This document shows, one piece after another, positions 26,112 to 39,689 of a DNA stretch of 64,000 nt; position 1 is the first letter of the stretch, and each line of letters opens with the position of its first letter. Made by a program: the position numbers and the translations under genes. Source of the stretch: Vicugna vicugna (taxonomy: Eukaryota); the NCBI GenBank assembly GCA_013265495.1, contig MU058463.1, positions 4,424,244 to 4,488,243 of the forward strand. Reading direction: 5' to 3'. The notes under the pieces are model-generated. The model worked only from the letters and a program-made list of their open reading frames with translations, made no database searches and was not told the origin of the DNA.

Positions 26112-27164
26112 CCTTCATTAATTCCTTCTTTGACATTCTTCCTTTCTTAAGGTAAGTCCAAGTTTCTGACTAATCTTATTTTACTTCTGCCAGTGGGTCT
26201 GCTGCTGATGAGTCCCACATTTTTGTCTGTCTAAGATAATCTTAGAAAGTCTTTACTTCTTTTTCATTTTTTAAAATATAATTTTTATTGTATATAGAGT
26301 TCTAGGTTAGTGGTTTTTGTTCAATACTTTACATATTTCACTATCATTCTCATGCTTGTAACTCTATAGTCAATGTGTTATTTCCCCTTCTAGCTTCTTG
26401 GCTTCAATATTTTTTTCTTTGTCTTTGATTTTCTGCAGTATGAATATGATATACCTAGGTTTGAGGGTTTGGTTTTTTTCTTTTTTAAATCTTTCTTGGT
26501 ATTATTTGAATTTCCTGGATTTGTGATTTGCTGTCTGTCATTAATTTTGGAAATTTCTCGATCATTATTACTTTCACTATTTCTTCTGCTTTATTCTTTC
26601 TTTTCCTTGTGGTATTCTAACTATGTGTGCTTATATCTTTTCACATTGTCTCATGGTTCTTGGGATGTTCTTCTCTGTTTTTAAAAAAAAAATCTTATTT
26701 TTCTTGAATTCCACTTTGGGAAGTTTCTATTGCCCTATATTCAAGCCTACTGATTCATTCCCTAGCTGACTAGTCTACTGAGGAGCCCATTAAGTGTATT
26801 CTTCGTTTCTGCTAGTGTTTTGGTTTGTAGTATTTCCTTTTGATTCTTTCTTATGGTTTCTATCTCTTTGTTTACCTTACCTATCTATCCTGACATGTTT
26901 TCTACTTTTTATATCAGAGCCCTTTATGCGTTAGTCATAGTTATCTTAATTTTTTCTCTTTAATCACTTGAACATCTGTGCCTCATCTGAATCTGCTCTT
27001 ATTATTGCTTTGTCTGGCACAAAGCAGGTTTCAACTCTAAGTAGAGAGTGAGGGAATGAAAAATAGAATATTAAGGATAATAGAAATCTGCTACTGAGGT
27101 ATGAAGGTTTAAAAACATGTACAGATATGTTTAATAAAAAGGGATAAAAGAATGGAAAGGTAGC

Positions 27165-27565
27165 ACACTGCGAATATTACTGTATATGCTAAAAGAGACC
27201 TTGCAGCTGGGATTAAATTAAAGATCTTCAGAGGGGAAGTTATCCTGGATTATCTGGGCCGTCCTTACATGCAGTCACAAGTAAAGGTTAAGTGACCACA
27301 GAAGCAATATTCTATGCATCTAATTTTGAAAATGGAAGATGGGGCCAGAACCATAAAGCAAAGAATGCAGCTCTAAAGAAATGGGAAAGGCAAGGGAATG
27401 GATTTTCCTCTAGGGCACAAGCCTACTAACACTTTGCTTTCATCCTGGTGAAACTATTTTATACATTTCAGATCTGCAGACTGTGAGAATAAATAAGTAT
27501 TGTTTTAGGCCACCAAATTTGTGATACTTGCCTAGCATGCACAGCAGTCATAGGAGACTAATACA
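27165..27565 (+). mobile_element. MLT1D-like MaLR LTR
   Basis: gaccttgcagctgggattaaattaaagatctt, ttatcctggattatctggg and cagcagtcataggagactaataca end. Confidence 0.8.
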
Positions 27566-29959
27566 CATGCTGACATTTTTTAAATTAAAAAAAAAATTCT
27601 GAGTTGGCTCTTGCTTCCTATACAAGTGAAGAGCCCCACCTGAATGGAAACCCCCTCTGGTGTGGAACCCCAGGTGAGTGGCGAGCCTGAAGCAGAGTAC
27701 CCTACATATCTCTTCCTTGTCTTTCCCTTACTGTCTAGCAGCTTGAGCTCCAGGCCAAAGCATCTATTTCAACTGTAGTATACCTGCCAGCTAAATTAGA
27801 GATTATTAAGCAAAAGGGAGTGATTCATGCCTTTTCTGCTCTGTAGCTTCAAAGTCTCCACGGTCGAGCCTGTTGGCAGAGTCACAGAACTAAATGCTCA
27901 GCAAAAATTTAAATAAAATTAAAGTTACCTTAGATAAATTGGACAAAAAAAGAACCCTGAATATAAACAAAATCAAAAAGGATATATTTGAAAAGAGTGA
28001 CAAAAATGTCAAAGAGGCTGAGAACATGCTAGTATATATGAAGTGCTGTTAGTTATTGAACTCTTTTTAGAAATAAGAAATTAAAACAGAAGTGTCTCCA
28101 AGTTGGTGAAAGACATTTTTGCAATATTTAGTTTGTTAAAACAGAATACTAAAGGGATAGACAAAAACGTCTCAGGAAGAGTTACACTGATACAGTATAA
28201 ACAGATTAAATTTCGATAAAAATGGATTTTAGGTAATTAAGCCATTAGAGAGATTAATAAGGAAATAAGCCCACAAATTCCTGTGCATGGTATGAAGTAA
28301 TTCTAATGTTTTTAAAGAATGTGGATGTCTGTAGCACATAACATCTAATAAGTGTAACCTATCAGAGACCCCTGTTTTACTCTATTAATTGACTAAAAAG
28401 CATTCATCAAGAATTCATTCTAGTGGATCACCTAACTTCCTTCTGAAACATCCATGCTTGCAGTCTCAGATCTGCTCCAGTCATATGCAATATTGAGACC
28501 ATCACACACGGTCCTTTCAATTCAATAAATATTCACTGAATATCCACTGTGTTGTTAGGCACTACTGAGGTTTCTGTCCCCAGGGAGCTCCATGAATTTG
28601 AGGTTTTATGGACAGAAACTTTATTGGCTCTGTCATTATCAGGGCTAAGCAAATGGGTCAGTGTGAAAGGATGAAACTGTTCTCAAAGGATGCATCTGAA
28701 TTAGGCTGAAAAAATTTCTCCAATAAAATACGTTTCTTGTCTACCACTTATTTCTTAGTGGTCAGCATTAGGAGCCATTTCTCACTCTCAAAAATTCCTT
28801 CTCTTCTGTGATTGAAAAATTTAAGGATTACTCAAGCATTATGTGAAGGTAATGGGGCCATGTCCCTTGCTCTAAATTCTGGCTTTGCTGTGATGCATAT
28901 CCCTTCTGTTTCACCTCCATGCTGCTCTGTCATCCTTTACTCTTCCTACTTATTCATTTATTCACTTTGACTATACTAGTTGGTTTTTGCTAAGAATCAT
29001 AGAGCTAGATCAAGACAGAGTTTGTGTTATATAAGAAATTTTGCAGTGGGGATGCTTTGACCTCATATGTTCATTAACTGCAATGGCTTCTGATTTTATT
29101 TTGTTTTTGGGGTCTGCATAACTGAAGTTGTATAACAAGCTTTAAATCACACAGTGTCACAACTGCTAAAGTGACACTATGTATGTTCAGATTTGTTGGC
29201 CTGCTCCCCCTGCAGGATTTGAGAGCCAGAAGTTTGATTATCTTTGTTCCCGTGGACATGGAAGCAACATGGCCAAAGCCCAGGCCTTTAGCGAGCTTAG
29301 GCAGGGTTTCAGAGTCAGGCTAGCTTTGTTGCTGGTCCTTTCAGAACCTTGGCCTCGTCAATTGGTCTTTCAGTAACTGGGCCTCAGTGTTACTCTTCCA
29401 CGTTCTTTTTACATCAGGGCATCCTACCTAGGATCCCAGTTCCTCTGTGACCAAAGTTTCCCTTGTTCCTTGACAGTCTTCTCAGATCTGAACTGTTCTC
29501 TTGCCTTGGAAGCCCAGGCTTTAGGACTGGACTCTAGCTCTTGGGGTCAGAGATCTCTGCCTAACTTCCTCTGTCTTTGTCTCCCACCTGGTGCCAGCGC
29601 CGCCTGAGGTCTCCTCCTTGGAGGAGCTCTGTCTGCTGAGAGCCTACTCTTGCCTGTTCACAGCACTGGCTCTTTGCAGCTCTTGCTTTTCTCTTGGAAA
29701 GTGATAAGGATCTTTCCTCAATACTGGCTATCTGCACCCCTTTGCCACGCCCGAAGCATGGCATCAGCTGCTATTTCTTTATCTGTAAGTAAAAGACAGA
29801 GGCAACCTTGAAAAAGATATTTATTTATTGGTTTCTTTAAATTTGGCAAGTTATTTTATAAAATGCATGTTTATATCAAACATATCATGCAGTAAAAAGT
29901 GAACATCCCGTCTTCTCTTTCCTCTGATCTCACCCCATGAAGAAACTAGAGTTACCAAT

Positions 29960-30145
29960 CTACCAGGAGTAAAATCTGTCTCTATCACTTAATAGCTATG
30001 TAACTTTGGGAAACTTATTATGTCTCCATTTCCTCCAGATGCAATATGGTGATATTAATTGTCCCTATCTTACAGGGTAATTACAAAGATTAAAGGAATT
30101 TACATGATGCCCTTGGAAGAACATCGAGCATGTTAGCTCTTATTA
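29960..30145 (+). mobile_element. MIR SINE
   Basis: cacttaatagctatgtaactttgggaaactta, ctatcttacagggtaattacaaagattaaa. Confidence 0.7.
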
Positions 30146-33100
30146 GTCTCTCTTAGCTCCCTTTCTTCCTCTCAGTGGGACCTCTTGAAGAAGACTGTCT
30201 TAGAAAAGACTGGAACGGTAACTTTTGTGTATTGAGTGGTCCCAAATTGCTCAAAAATGTGTGTTGGAAAGAATTAAGGATGACCCTAGCTTAGGAATTT
30301 AGACTGAGGACAAATAAGAATTTTAATTAAGTAGACAACTAAAATTCATAGAATATTGTATTTTATTCCTTACACCAGAATGGGGCAAAGAGATTAGAGA
30401 ACGTTTGATCAGCTCCAGACATTTCTTATGGACTCACCTCAACACTGTGAACCTGGGTTAAAAATGCACGCTTCTTTGGCAGTGCACAACACATAAAGGC
30501 ATGCTCCTCTAAAGACGCTCGCCTCCACGGAGTAAGTACAGGCTTGGGCTTTGATGAATACTGAAAACAGAAATCAGTCCCTTGAAATGAATTTCTGAAG
30601 AAGAGCTTAAGGGTTCAGATCCACAGCTCATATCATTAAAAAGTTTGCTCTCTTAAGGAAACCTCACTCACTTTAAATCATAGACATTTAGAGCCAGAAG
30701 GCACCTTAGAGATCATTCCTTATTCACCTAAAAGAGAAGAAGTGGTTGCTCACTGGGTCTGAGGTTTAATAAGCAAGTTCTGAATAAGCCCCTGGCATTT
30801 TCTCAAATGTTCTTGGGCTCTCCTCGGTTTTTCCCTCCCTCAACTGAGCCTGAACGGAATTTTTAAAATTTGCTGCGAGTCCCTGTTAACTACACTTTTT
30901 ACCAGGTCACTCTGAACAAAGGGACACTTACTAAATGAAAAATAAAGGAAAATAATAGAAGGTTATTTCTAGGTATTGGATGTTGGATCAGCTTGGAAAT
31001 ATGTGGGGGAGGGTTGTTTGTTTTGTTTTGGATTTTTTTTTTTCAGCAATGCAGGCTTTGCAATTGTAAGTAGGGTTCCACTCCACAGCAACTTGTGGTC
31101 AGAGTTAAGTGATAATGAAAGCTCCATCCCGTCTAGATGATCCATGTTCCCACCACTTTTTGGGTAGGAGAAACTGTTTACAGTGGAAGAAGTAAGTTAC
31201 CATTAAGCTACAATTACTGTGCAGGCTGCCCGTGAGAATAGCAATTATGCTCCTAGCTTTGGACATTTTTCTCTGTGGTTCAGAAATCTAGAATTTCACC
31301 TTTTAAAAAAAGTGTTTTAAAATTCCACATATGATGTGAAATATCGTGAGGCGGGGGGTGACCAAAAGAGCAAGTATTTTTTAAAGTTCTAATTTCACAC
31401 GGGACACTGCAAGTTGTGGTTTTCATGTGTCTTCTCCCATGTAACCTAACTTCCCCCACTGTCATGAGATGGTGAAACAGTGGTGGAAGTTAGGTTTCCT
31501 AATGTGTCAAAGTTGTAGCGTTAACACTTAGCAAAACTGTTTTGCGCAGCTGGTTCTGACTCTAGACGTCTTGGTCAGTGTCATGAGACCCATGCTGCTC
31601 AGGAAGATGTGGGATAAATGCAGTGTTGCTACAAGGCATTGCCTTTTTAGGTATCTGCTTTGTGCACTCTTCTATGAGCTCCTCTGAGAACAGAAACACT
31701 GTCTTCTTCATCTTTACATCTGTCACCAAGCAGTGACCCCTGGTACACAGAGAAATGCTCTAGGTTTGCAATAACTGGAACGGTTGCAACAGTATATAAT
31801 TATAAGCCCTATCAGACTTTCAAAGACCAGATTTTCAAATGTCTTGATAGGAACTTAAGTAGGACTTAACATACTGCCCTATCTTGGAACTTAATAGCTG
31901 CTAAATAGATATCATTTTTTTTTCTACCCCTTTATGAGGTCTTGGAGGTGGGACAAGGAAGTAGGTATGTGTGAGAAGGAGATATGGTGAAGTAAGTGAT
32001 GGGTTCTGAATTCTTGAGTACACAGGTAGATTTACTACAATGGAACAGGTACAGTTAGTGTCAAATGGAATCAGATATGCTAAGTAAGATTGGTACCATC
32101 ATTTAAGCATCATTTATATGGAGAAATTCACTGAATCCTAAATAATTTACAATAAACTTTTAGACCAATGCTTATCCCTATTTTGTCTGAACTTCACAGC
32201 ATTCACAAACATTTCAGGTTAAATATGTTGAAATTATGCAAGAAATGAAGGTTTTCTGAGGAAATGTTGAATAATTATAATTTAAATATAATGTTATAAT
32301 TTAATACTCATGAGGTAATATTTTTATGGCACATGTTTACAGAAGAAATATTCTCACGATGAATAATGACTAAATAAGGTTTCAGCTGGGAAGCAAATTA
32401 CAAGGTAAGACTGGGTGATATTTGAAAACCCTGCATCTTATGTGAGAAGCAGTTCTGGAGAACTTGCCTGTACATAACAGCTGATCTTCAACCCTGGCTT
32501 AGACACCATGTAGAAATTCCTTGTGCGAGGGTGTTTCTCGATTCAAAAAAGACATAAAATAACCAGATTAAAGTCTGAAACAGGGAAGAACTGAGGCTCT
32601 GTGCTCCACGGGTCAGGCTGAGATAGGAAGTCTATAGATGGAAGTTTCCACCTCAGAGCTTCAGCTGGGGAGATTTAGGGCACCCAGAGGCTGGAAAATA
32701 CGCTGGGAGAAGGTTCCCATTGACATTCCTTTGAAGTTGCAGGGGTTTCTTCAAAGCACTGTGAGGCTTAAAACCCTCCTCTTTCAAGTGCCCCCGGGAA
32801 GATTGGGACTGATGAAACCCAGACACAACCAAAGCCCTTAACCTTTCTCTCCCTACTCAGTTCTCCAGACGGAGTTCTTGGTGTCTTCAGTGTGGGTTGA
32901 AGCGGCTAAATGTGGCATCTGGATGATGAGAAAACTATAGTTTTCCTTTTGGGAGATCGAGATGTGGGAAGAAGCTATTGGAGGCATTCAAAACAAAACA
33001 AAACAGAACTCCAACAAAAACCCCGAATCAGGAGAAAAGGAAGTGATAAATCTGCTGGCCTTGGAGAACCCTGTGAAGACCCACTCGGACTTTGCCCTTC

Positions 33101-33481
33101 TGCTTAAAATCTTGTTTCTGCCCTGTCTTGATAGGCTTTGACTCTTTCACTGCCTCTTTCGTCTCTATTTTTCGTGTAGATTTCTTACCCCTAAGTTCAT
33201 GAGCTCCTATGCTGATGTCTTGTTTGTGCTAACATCAGTTGCTGTTTGTGGGTGGGAAGCAGGAGGTGCTTTGGGGGCTCCCGAAATTGGTAACTGACTC
33301 TAGTTTCAGACTCTCAAGTGAATTCCAGCCACCAGGTGAAAATTTAGAGATAAGAGTGAAGAATTGTAGTTTGTAAGAACTGCAGAAGCCCTGTGGTGGG
33401 AACAGCCAGGGAGAAGGGGTCTTGGGACATTCAAAGAAGTAAGAGACTAGGTTAGGCATACATATATATCTCTCAATATAA

Positions 33482-33528
33482 TGTGTGTGTGTGTGTGTGT
33501 GTGTGTGTATACACACACACACACACAC
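33482..33528. repeat. (TG)n-(CA)n compound microsatellite
   Basis: Directly visible; perfect palindrome at 33491-33528. Confidence 0.95.
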
Positions 33529-36299
33529 CTGGTGAGGTGGACGGAGCTAGGGGGCAGGGAAAGTAGTAGGTGGGAATTACAAAGAGAATCTGAACACCTT
33601 GGCATTTTCAAGGGGGGAGGATTTAATTCGAGAATTGTTTGATCTTCAGTGGCTAAGGACAGTCATGACCAAAGAATCTCCTAAGCAGAGTTCTCCTCTA
33701 CAAGTAATCATTCCTCTTGGGTTCTAATTTCTCATCTATACATGATTCATGTATTTTATTCCATATATTCATTTTAAGAACAACTTAAAACTTCCCATGA
33801 CATGAAACTGGCCACCCTGTAAATACAGCAACAGGATTATCTCTTTCCTGTGTGGGACTGTGTGCTTCTAGGCAACCAGCCATGCCCCACTTGTCTATGA
33901 TGTTCCGGTGCCTGCAACACACCAGGCACTGAAATATTTGTTAAAGTAAAATGTTGCATTGATATGATTATGTTGTTGAAGCTGACCTATAACCACTGAA
34001 AGGAAAAGCAGGCCCTTGGATAAAGATAGGGAAGGAGGGAATGTGCTTTGATAGGTCACTTGCCTTCTTCAAAACGCAACGTGGTTTCAATTATTTTCCT
34101 TCACAAATGTTGTGTCTTCTCTTAGACCGTAACTGAATATTCTTTTTTATTTAAGGTATGATTGGAAATATAACCACTGAAGATTGAAATGTAGTAGGGA
34201 AAGGTTGACAAGGGTTATAAAGAAAGACTCTGAAGTATTTATACAACAGTGGATCAGACATGAATGCCGAGAAATCTGTGGTGCTCTGCACCTGACAAAA
34301 AAGTATAGTCAATAAATTAGAATCCCAGAGGGACAAAGAAAGGTCTATAGGAGGTAGAGAAGCAGAAGGCAAGTCAAAATTAATGGGACTTCCGGGGGGA
34401 GTTGAACTTGGTTAAATGTGCTGCTCTGGTTCTAATGGGACAATCTCAAGATTTCCTTTATTGGTAAAAGCACATATGAGCTAGTAGAAAAGAAACATTA
34501 GATATTTCTCAGTAATTAATGATAGAGTTGATGGAATCATTGCAGTGATTTCTCTAGCTGTGTGACAAGAGCATTGATTTTCCACTGGCATGGTTAAAGA
34601 ATATAATACATAATACAGGTACTTCCTTCTCTCAGAAACATACAATAGTATTTAAAAAGCATATTGATGAAAGCATATTTATTTACATTAAAAATAATTC
34701 ATTTAAGAGTTTCTTTTAATAGAAAATTTCCTGTTGTATATTTAAAGCATCATTCCTACTATACAAATATTCAGAAAAAATTTAATTCATGCTTGGAGAA
34801 ATTCAGCATTTGTTTGCTTCTTATTTAAAGGACTTATATTAGGGAGGTAGAGTTATGGAGAGGAAAGATTACTTAGTAGCTGTGAGATCTTGAGCACCTT
34901 ATTTAGCTGCTCTGCTCTGATCTAATCTATAAAAGGAAAGAGCTGAGATAGATATTTCTAAGATAACTTCCAGTTACCTTCTCTGTTGGTCTACAATTCT
35001 GCTACCTATAAGACAAAGTTTCCTAAATAATAATATCCTCTCTCATGTTAATGTGCAAACGATTTCTGTGTACTGGAAGATAACCTAGCCAAAGTGCGGA
35101 AGAGGCTTATCTGATTCTAACGCCTTCTCCCCTCTGCTTCCTGTTCCTGTAGCAGTCGTGCTCCATGGTGTGATGGGGCGGGAAGACGTCTGTAGAGCTG
35201 GGCCTGGTTCTTCTGTGCCAACGGCGCAGTTGTAAGTTGCAGTCATCTTTTAATGCTTCTTTTCTCTCCATTTCCCAATCCACACATCTTCATTTCTCCT
35301 TGAAGAAAAACAACCAACCAGCCCTAAGGAAAACCATCTCCAACAAGCCATGAGAATCCACATATATAACCAAATATTTTATAATCAACTAATTAATCAA
35401 ACAAAAGGATGGAAAATGTGTGCAACTACCTGTGATCCCTTTGTTTTTACACTTGTCATATCCGCATGGCTGTGCGAGACTAGGGGCTGCACTTGTCCTA
35501 TAACATGAGTAAGGCTATAAATGCCAGGAACTTAGAGGAGAACAGAGTATCATTTACATGATGTTCTTGTTTTTCCTCCTGGATTGGAATTCCAAGTCAA
35601 TACTTTTTATTGATCCATTTTTACCAGCTAGGCATCATCTTTACTTCTCTGTGTTTTTCAGAAGAGGAAATTTTTTTTGGCACAATTTTAGTTCAATAGG
35701 CAGTCTTCTTTTTAATTCATTCAGTTTATCTAAAAACTGAAAGCTGTTAGAAAAAAAAAGGAAAGAATGAATGAATGGCAACAAGCAACCATGTTTTGCA
35801 GCATCAGGAATGCCAGCCCTCCTCTCTGTTCCTCTGGTAAAGCCGTGTCTCTTTCTCCAGGATTCCTCTCCACAAGCTCAGTCCGGGGTGGCTGGTTACT
35901 TCTCGGTATTTCAACATGTGCTTTCATATACTTCCCGCTAGTGATTCAACATGCATTAAGAGATTCTCTCACCTTATTTTAGGTTTTCAATTTCCATATC
36001 TATTTTTCTGAACTGTAGATGGATTTGGTATCACAAATAGGTGAATGAGTGAATTGGAGACCATGACATGTGGGGAGAGATGGCTATGGGAAGGAATTAG
36101 CAGAAATCATTTATTTCAAGAATGAATAGGGAAAGTGCACTAAAACAAAAGAGACTGAGAGGAGACAATAAGGTTAAAAGGAAATCTAGGAGAGAAAAGT
36201 GAGAGAAAACTTAAAGGAAGAGGGAGAATATGTGAGGTCAGTAGTGTCAAATGTCCATTTTGAATCAGTCAACAATTATTCTAGAAAATACTTGGTTTC

Positions 36300-39200
36300 T
36301 TTCCCCTAGAAACGAGCACTTTAATAAAAATCTGTAATTACAAAATATGTATCCATTGACATTAGTGAAACAATGCAAAGATGTACTTAAAGATTTGTTT
36401 TCATTCCTTTTATTCACAGTTGTTTCAAATTAATAAGCAAGTGGGATGTTAAAGTCCCATGGCTTTTCAGTGCTTATACAAGTGTATGTACATTTATAAG
36501 ATCTCATCTGCTCTTTTACAAAAAAAAAAAATTCTCATACTAACTCAGTCACATGCAAATAGGCTATATCTTGGATATCCCTGTAAGTGAATACTGATCT
36601 ATCTTTTCCTTTTCCTTTTTCTTTTTCTTTCCTTTTTGTCTTTCATTTCTTTCCCTTTCTTAATTTAAAATTTTATTTTTCTGTGGCAAGAACACTTAAC
36701 ATAAGATCTGCCCTCTTAACAGGTATTTAAGTATACAATATACCGTTGTTATCTATAGGCACGACATTGGACACCAGATCTCAAGACTTATTCATCTGGC
36801 ATTACTGCAACTTTATACCTGCAGATCAGCAACTCCCCATTTCCTTCTTCCTTTCTTTTCCTTTTCAAGAGCCACATGTAGAATGTATATTCCACAGTCT
36901 ATTTCACTGTATCTATCTTGATGACATTCATTTATTTCCAGGGTTTTTTCTTTTTCCTTTTTTTAATATTCACAAAATAGTTGCAGTGATCATCCTTGTA
37001 TTTATCATCATGCACTAATGCTTTTGCTTCTGTAGGATAGAATTCCAAAGTGAAATTGCTTAGTTCAAAGGGAATGTATATTTTGAATGTTTATAGCATT
37101 GCTGGACCTCTTTAACGTTTGCTTACTGTAAGGAGCTTGAGCAATTCACAGTCCCATCAATAAAATACGGGAGCACCCATTTTCCCATATCTTCATCTGT
37201 GCCGAATGCCAAAAATCTTATTTTCGCTGATATAGGTGAAAAATATTACTTTAATTTTGCTCTAAGCATCTTTTGAAGTTTATTGCCAACTGGGCTTCAT
37301 CTTCTGTTAATTGCCTGTTTATAGCTTTTGTCTATTTTTTTAAAATTATTTTCAAATTTGAGGCATTCTTTTTGTTTGTTAGATGTAGTGGCCCTTTGTC
37401 ACAGGAACTGCAAATGTTTCCCTAGTTTATCATTTTTATTTTGACTTTGTTTATAGTGATTTTGTCATATAATATGTTTTAATTTTATGAGGTCAAAATA
37501 TGTTTCTTATTTATGATTTCTGGCAATTATGTTTTGCATAGGAAGTTTTTCTCTACTTCAAGTTTATGAGAATATCTTAATTTTCTAATTTTTACAAACT
37601 TGAAAAATATTTTTGCATTTAAATTTTATCCATCTGGAATTCATTTTGGCATATGGTGCGAGGTAGATGAACTAGCTTGTTTTCTTCTAGACAGATAGCC
37701 AATTATGCCAGGATCATGTATTAATAAGCCAATTATTTCCCACTGAATTAAAATGTCACTTTTGTGGATTTATTTCTGTACTCTCTATTTTATTCCACAA
37801 ATGCATTTATCTATTTCTGTGTCAGTGCCAGAGATTCTAATAACTTTATAGTAAATTTAAATAGGTGGTAAGGTACATATCTCCTTACCACTTTTCTTTG
37901 TTCATAATTTTCTTTTGTATAACAGACACTTCTTTTATCTACAAACTTTAGAACAATTTTTTCCCTCTCCTCAAAAACAACAAAAAGAATCATCAAAATT
38001 AGAATTTTGATTGAAATTGAACTAAATTAATAAATTAATATTGGTTGAACAAAATTTTTGGAAAAAGCTCTACTTTTTATAAATATTGTTCGGGTATTTG
38101 TGCATTCATTAGGCTGTTTTTGCTTGTTCTCTTAAAGCTTTATAATGTTGATTTCTGACCCCCTCCCCTACCCGGTGCATATAATTTATTTTTTATTTAA
38201 TTGTAACTTTTATTGTGAAGGACATGTATGTATGTATAAATACTTTTAAAAAAAAACACAGGTTAGCGAATTATCACATTAATATCATTGTGGTATAATA
38301 AATGTTATCAGTCTTTTCAATTTTTGTCAGACTGGTGGGTTTATAGTGATGATATTTTATGATCTTAGCTTGCATTTTCTTATTTACTGCTGAGGTTGGA
38401 CAGTGTTCATAACTTTATTGGTCAAATGGTCATCTTTTTTGATGAAATCCCTTCTCAAGTCTATAGGGCTGTCTTTTCAATGATGAACTGTAGTAGCTCT
38501 TCAGTCTGTGTACGAGCCCTTTGTGGGTTATAATTGTTACAAATATCTTCTCCATTTCTGTAACTTGTCTATTTACTTGTTTTGTATTGGGATCTTTCAA
38601 TAGAATTCTTAATTTCATTTTATTCTAACATACCAAACTCTTTCTTTTCTCCTTAGGACTTTTTATATTCAGTCAAAACTACCTCAAGATATTAGGGATA
38701 TATGCAAACATTTTCATCTAGGATCTTTGTCTGGCATTTCACATTTAGATCTTCACTTTACCTAAAACTGATTTTTCTGTATGACATCGGGTAGGGAATC
38801 TAGTTTCACTCTTTTACAATTGGATAGCCAATTGAGTTAGAACTCTGTTTTGGAAGACTCTGTCTTCCCCTGGTGCTTGGCAGTGTTGTCATTGTCATAA
38901 ACAAAGTCATCAGATATGTGTAAATGACATTTCTGGATACTTTACTTAGTTGTATGGGTTTATTTGTCTATCCTTGAGGCAATACCACACTGTTTTAGTT
39001 ACTGCAGCTGTATGTCTAGGTGAGTAAGTACTCCCACTTTTGTTCTTCATCTTGGTTATTCTTGGTCTTACACATTTTGTTATGGAGTTTAGGTTGCCAA
39101 CTTCTACCCAAAGCTGTAGAAATTTGAATCCATAGACAAATTTTGAAAAAATTGACATCTTCATAGCACTGAGTTTTCCAATTCATGAAAATGATTATAA

Positions 39201-39420
39201 TCTTCCACTTATTTAGGTCTTATTTAATTTCTCTCAATAATATAATTTATTGATTCCTAGGTATACAATATTTTGATGCTATAATAAATGCTATTTTAAA
39301 AATATCTTACAAGTATTTATTAGATAGAAACAGAATTGATTTTTATATATTGATTTTTGTATCTAAAACTCTTGCGAAAATCACATTAATTCTATAATTT
39401 ATCTGTTTGTTTGCAATTTT
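36300..39420 (-). mobile_element. Cluster of old L1 (L1ME-like) 3'UTR/ORF2 fragments, at least two copies
   Basis: Antisense ORF2 wording recurs (catctggaattcattttggcatatggtgcgaggtag near 37635; gatttttctgtatgacatcgggtaggg near 38770); minus-strand ORFs such as RPRITKMKNKSG...AAVTKTVWYCLKDRQI resemble L1 ORF2. Confidence 0.8.
36660..36845 (-). mobile_element. Short L1MA10/L1MB-like 3' fragment nested in an older L1
   Basis: gtggcaagaacacttaacataagatctgccctcttaac...agatctcaagacttattcatc. Confidence 0.7.
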
Positions 39421-39689
39421 TTCTATGTAATACAGTCATATCATTGTGTGGCTACTTAAGATAAGGGCGCAGGGGAAGACTTCTATACATAAGGAACATA
39501 TGGAAGAAAATTTGCTTTTACCTCTTCTGTCTCTTCTTAAAACAGAAGCCAGAATATCTTTTAAAAATATGTCAGAGTATGTGATATACTTGATTTATAC
39601 ATCCATCTCCATTTCTCTACTTTTGTTGGCTTACTAAAATTTCCCTTTTTTACCTTCTATTTGCTTGTCGGTTTTTAAGTTCTATTATA

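Larger units (their letters stand above)
23715..27015 (-). mobile_element. Old L1 (L1MC/L1MD-like) fragments: 3'UTR then more 5' sequence, interrupted by a SINE and an MLT2
   Basis: cagtttctcacactttcattgtttttgatgtccttgaaagttttgaggagtactg (L1MC/MD 3'UTR); T-rich antisense ORF1-region wording at 26200-27000. Confidence 0.75.

Noticed and set aside
34230..34330. Weak CR1/L3 RT-like wording (NAEKSVVL..HLTKK with a frameshift)
   Set aside because: Too short and degenerate to call without an HMM search
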